DNA from: a virus
Lineage: Duplodnaviria; Heunggongvirae; Uroviricota; Caudoviricetes
Length of the DNA stretch: 35,693 nucleotides
Virus record (IMG/VR): IMGVR_UViG_3300015610_000614
Location: 1 to 35,693 of that record
Reading direction: 5' to 3' (one strand)
Positions within the stretch are counted from its first letter, which is position 1; each line of letters opens with the position of its first letter. Made by a program: the position numbers and the translations under genes. Positions 32,767 to 35,693 of the stretch are shown here, one piece after another. The notes beneath the pieces are model-generated. The model worked only from the letters and a program-made list of their open reading frames with translations, ran no database searches and was not told where the DNA came from.

Positions 32767-33288
32767 ATGGAAACTCTACCACAATCAATACCGGACAATT
32801 TACCTGAATTACCGGCAGAGACTCTTAACATAAGCCCGGAAGATCTAGAGATAGCTCAACAGTATCTAATAAGCCAAGATGCTAAAGAAACTGCCGAGTC
32901 CTTGGGACTACCTGTGGAAGTTGTTACCAAATCTTTAGCCCGTAAAGAAGTTAGATCCTTCGTTCATCAAGCGTTTATGCATACTGGTTTTAATAATCAG
33001 TGGCGTATACGTAGTTTAATGGACATTATAATTAAAAAGAAGCTCCAAGAGCTCGAAGAAAGCGACTTAGGTTCTAATAAAGATATTACAGAAATCCTAG
33101 CCTTAAACCATAAATTCACTATGGATATGGCAGGAATAGAACTTGAGCAACGTAAACTGGACATAAAAGAAAAAGAACTTGCGAAGAAGAATGTTCCTAG
33201 CAATCAAACGAACGTCCAGATTAATCAGTCGGGTTTCGGAGGTAACTACGATACCCTTATCGAAAAATTAGTGCGCGGAAATGTATAA
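32767..33288 (+). CDS. terS: terminase small subunit, T5-like
   Basis: SPEDLEIAQQYL...SLG, EVRSFVHQAFMHTGF, IIKKKLQELEESDLGSNKDITEIL, PSNQTNVQIN...NYDTLI match recalled T5 TerS. Confidence 0.82.
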   Translation: METLPQSIPDNLPELPAETLNISPEDLEIAQQYLISQDAKETAESLGLPVEVVTKSLARKEVRSFVHQAFMHTGFNNQWRIRSLMDIIIKKKLQELEESDLGSNKDITEILALNHKFTMDMAGIELEQRKLDIKEKELAKKNVPSNQTNVQINQSGFGGNYDTLIEKLVRGNV

Positions 33289-34540
33289 TAAAGGTTATAA
33301 GTATTTAGAGCGTGGAATTGCTGATAAGGCAATCCAATGCTTCAAGAAATTTCATATTAGTAATGGTGAGTCTAAGGAAAGCTTGCTCAATATGGGCAAT
33401 GCGTACAGACTACTAAATAAACACTCAGAAGCGTTAAAATGTTATGAGCGTGCAAATAGCGACGACGTTAAATCGCTATTTACAGGCCGTTATGGTAACT
33501 ACGACCTAGCTTGTAATAACGCAGGTTTGCAGAATTACACTTTTGGACGTGATGATGCCGCAATCGAATGGTATAAGCGTGCTCTAGTGCTAAATCCTCA
33601 GCATTACGATGCTACTTGGAATTATGCTAGTGCCTTACTACGTAAGTGGTGTAGCGGTACTACTGTTGATTTAGAGTTCGCTTGGAAGCTGTATGGTACT
33701 AGATTCTTAAAAGGTACTCCTGTTAAGCTTGATAGGTTTTTACCTAAGTGGGATGGTAATAGTTACGTTAAACGAATCTGCGTCCTAGCTGAGCAAGGTA
33801 TGGGTGATAAAGTAATGTTTGGGCGTTACTTGTCTAAACTTGCTTTGTGCTGTGATGAGGTGTGGGTTCAAATTCCTTCGGAATTAGACTGCATGTTCTC
33901 TGACTATCGCGTATGTAGAGATAGTGCAGAATGCGTTGGTGGTTATGGAATTCCGTTCTGTGACCTAGCTATGATCTTTGGCGAAGTACCTGGCGATTGG
34001 CTTGCTGGTAAATTTGGTTCACGTGAACTCGACCCACATGAGGTAAAAATTGGTGTATTACATACTGGATCTCCTACTCACGCTAACGACCGCAATCGCA
34101 GCATCCCTGCTGGTTATTTTAGGGATCTTGCTAATTTTGGTACTGTCTATCATCTGGGCTTTAGAGGCCGCAGCATCGTGGACGTTAAAGAAACTGATCC
34201 TAAGTCTTGGCAGGATACTATATCACAGATCCTGAAGATGGATGTAGTAGTTACAATTGACTCTGCAATCGTACACGTATGTGGCTCTCTTGGAGTGCCT
34301 TGCATCATGATGCAGCCTCTAATTGAGACTGACTTCCGTTGGGGCACTGCGACTGAAAAGATCGCTAATGGACTTGATCCTGAATGGAATCGTTGGTACA
34401 CTAGCGTACGCGTAATCGATAACCCTGCCTCGTGGGAAAAAGCACTTGGACGTGTAATGGAAATCCTACGTAATGAGTATGGCTGGGAATACAAGTCTGA
34501 GAAGGCTGCTAATATGATTTTGGAGAGTATGAATGCTTAA
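33281..34540 (+). CDS. TPR-repeat glycosyltransferase (GT9/heptosyltransferase-like C-terminal domain)
   Basis: N-terminal TPRs; PKWDG, VLAEQGMGDKVMFGRY, MDVVVTIDSAIVHVCGSLGVP, DFRW. Confidence 0.85.
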   Translation: MYNKGYKYLERGIADKAIQCFKKFHISNGESKESLLNMGNAYRLLNKHSEALKCYERANSDDVKSLFTGRYGNYDLACNNAGLQNYTFGRDDAAIEWYKRALVLNPQHYDATWNYASALLRKWCSGTTVDLEFAWKLYGTRFLKGTPVKLDRFLPKWDGNSYVKRICVLAEQGMGDKVMFGRYLSKLALCCDEVWVQIPSELDCMFSDYRVCRDSAECVGGYGIPFCDLAMIFGEVPGDWLAGKFGSRELDPHEVKIGVLHTGSPTHANDRNRSIPAGYFRDLANFGTVYHLGFRGRSIVDVKETDPKSWQDTISQILKMDVVVTIDSAIVHVCGSLGVPCIMMQPLIETDFRWGTATEKIANGLDPEWNRWYTSVRVIDNPASWEKALGRVMEILRNEYGWEYKSEKAANMILESMNA

Positions 34541-35267
34541 GACAGTTGATGGACGTTGGGGACGCTGCGAGTACTTCGCTAAGGATGAATACGTAGGCAA
34601 GTCGATGCACTACTACGGCGAGTACAACCCTGACGAAACTGAGAAGATCCTAGAGCTTGCCGGCGACGGGCTATGCCTAGATATTGGAGCTAATATCGGA
34701 GTTATTACTCAAGCCCTACTAGCTAGCGGGCATAATGTAATTGCATTCGAACCTCAACCGCAGGTATTTGAGCTACTATCACGAAATGTAGCCGCTGTAG
34801 TTAATGTACCTGGCACTGGACGCGGCTGCATCTATAATGTTGCTGTTGGTGATGCTGCTGGTACGGCTAAGATGCCTAAGGTACACTACAGCGAGAAGGG
34901 CAACTTCGGCGGCCTAGGGATTGGTACTCCTAGCATTCTAGGTAATATCGAAGTACCTGTAATGGCTATTGATAGTATGTTGCAGGATCTAGAACGTGTA
35001 TCATTCGTGAAGCTAGACGTTGAAGGTTACGAGTACGAAGCGCTGCTAGGAATGCGTGGACTGATCGAGCGCGATAAGCCCATACTTTACGTAGAAGATG
35101 ACCGTGTAGAGAAATCCTCTAGACTTCGTTGGCTAATCAAAAGCTACGGTTATTCAATTGAGGAGCATAAGCCTCTTCTATATCGTGAGAATAACTTTAA
35201 AGGCTTGAAGCGTAACGTATGGGATAAACTATACGCTTCACATAATATAATTTGTACACCAAAATAA
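34533..35267 (+). CDS. FkbM-family SAM methyltransferase
   Basis: LDIGANIG, AFEPQP, FVKLDVEGYEYEALLG, KPILYVE. Confidence 0.9.
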   Translation: MLKTVDGRWGRCEYFAKDEYVGKSMHYYGEYNPDETEKILELAGDGLCLDIGANIGVITQALLASGHNVIAFEPQPQVFELLSRNVAAVVNVPGTGRGCIYNVAVGDAAGTAKMPKVHYSEKGNFGGLGIGTPSILGNIEVPVMAIDSMLQDLERVSFVKLDVEGYEYEALLGMRGLIERDKPILYVEDDRVEKSSRLRWLIKSYGYSIEEHKPLLYRENNFKGLKRNVWDKLYASHNIICTPK

Positions 35268-35294
35268 GAAAAGCCGGGAAATTCCCGGCTTTTC
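35268..35294. terminator. bidirectional terminator
   Basis: AAAAGCCGGGAA-A-TTCCCGGCTTTT between convergent genes; near-identical hairpin at ~28098-28122. Confidence 0.85.
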
Positions 35295-35295
35295 T

Positions 35296-35693
35296 TCAAT
35301 TCTTATAGAAAACTAAATTTCCTGAATTGTAATACTTTGTATATTTGGCTAATTCTTCCTCAGACATACTTTGGGCCTTATACCTAGATAGCCTTTCATA
35401 TTTGTTGTAGTATTCTAAACCTGGTTCAGTTACTCTGTCAAGCGTAAACCCTACCTTGTTATACGCATTGCCAGTAGAATAGTCTCTGCTGGCATAAGAT
35501 ACTATTCTACCAGAAATAAGTTTTAGTAGTTTAGATAACCCCCCAACTACTGTGGTATTGAGTTTAGAACAGTACCTAATAAGTTCAACATCGGCATTTT
35601 TATCAAATCTGGACCTACCAAAAGTGGCAACTGCTACTAGCTCTTCGTTATAAAACAATGCATAGTTAATATTAGTAGGCTGACCTGCCCCTT
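35296..35693 (-). CDS. C-terminal part of a putative phage homing-endonuclease-associated protein (runs off window)
   Basis: Frame open to window edge; ELVAVATFGRSRF, ELIRYCSK..TTVVGGLSKLL, SYASRDYSTGNAY..VGF. Confidence 0.65.
   Translation of the reverse strand, partial: GAGQPTNINYALFYNEELVAVATFGRSRFDKNADVELIRYCSKLNTTVVGGLSKLLKLISGRIVSYASRDYSTGNAYNKVGFTLDRVTEPGLEYYNKYERLSRYKAQSMSEEELAKYTKYYNSGNLVFYKN

Overview
A segment of a large T5-like (Demerecviridae-related) tailed-phage genome. Family assignments come from recalled sequence motifs; no database search was run. There are four blocks. (1) 1-19.3 kb, all leftward: 28 tRNA or tRNA-like genes with readable anticodons, about 16 consensus sigma70 promoters, small accessory ORFs, one intact and four decayed HNH endonucleases, and a Ro60/TROVE gene flanked by eight related Y RNA (YrlA-like) elements plus a ~600-700 nt ORF-free structured region. 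(2) 19.5-24.1 kb, rightward: SleB-like hydrolase, T5 D2-like and D3-like genes, and direct repeats. (3) ~24.2-32.4 kb, leftward and visibly more GC-rich: a pre-early/terminal-repeat-like block with two A2-like genes, a SprT protease, a DEDDh exonuclease, a HAD phosphatase and six repeated antisense promoter/operator modules; both ends share the 12-mer TACGCAGTACGC. (4) 32.7-35.7 kb: T5-like TerS coupled to a TPR-glycosyltransferase and an FkbM methyltransferase. The best candidates for undescribed biology are the Ro60 + Y RNA array + giant ncRNA locus, the CCA-sequestering stems and aberrant tRNA-like RNAs, and the antisense promoter/operator modules.
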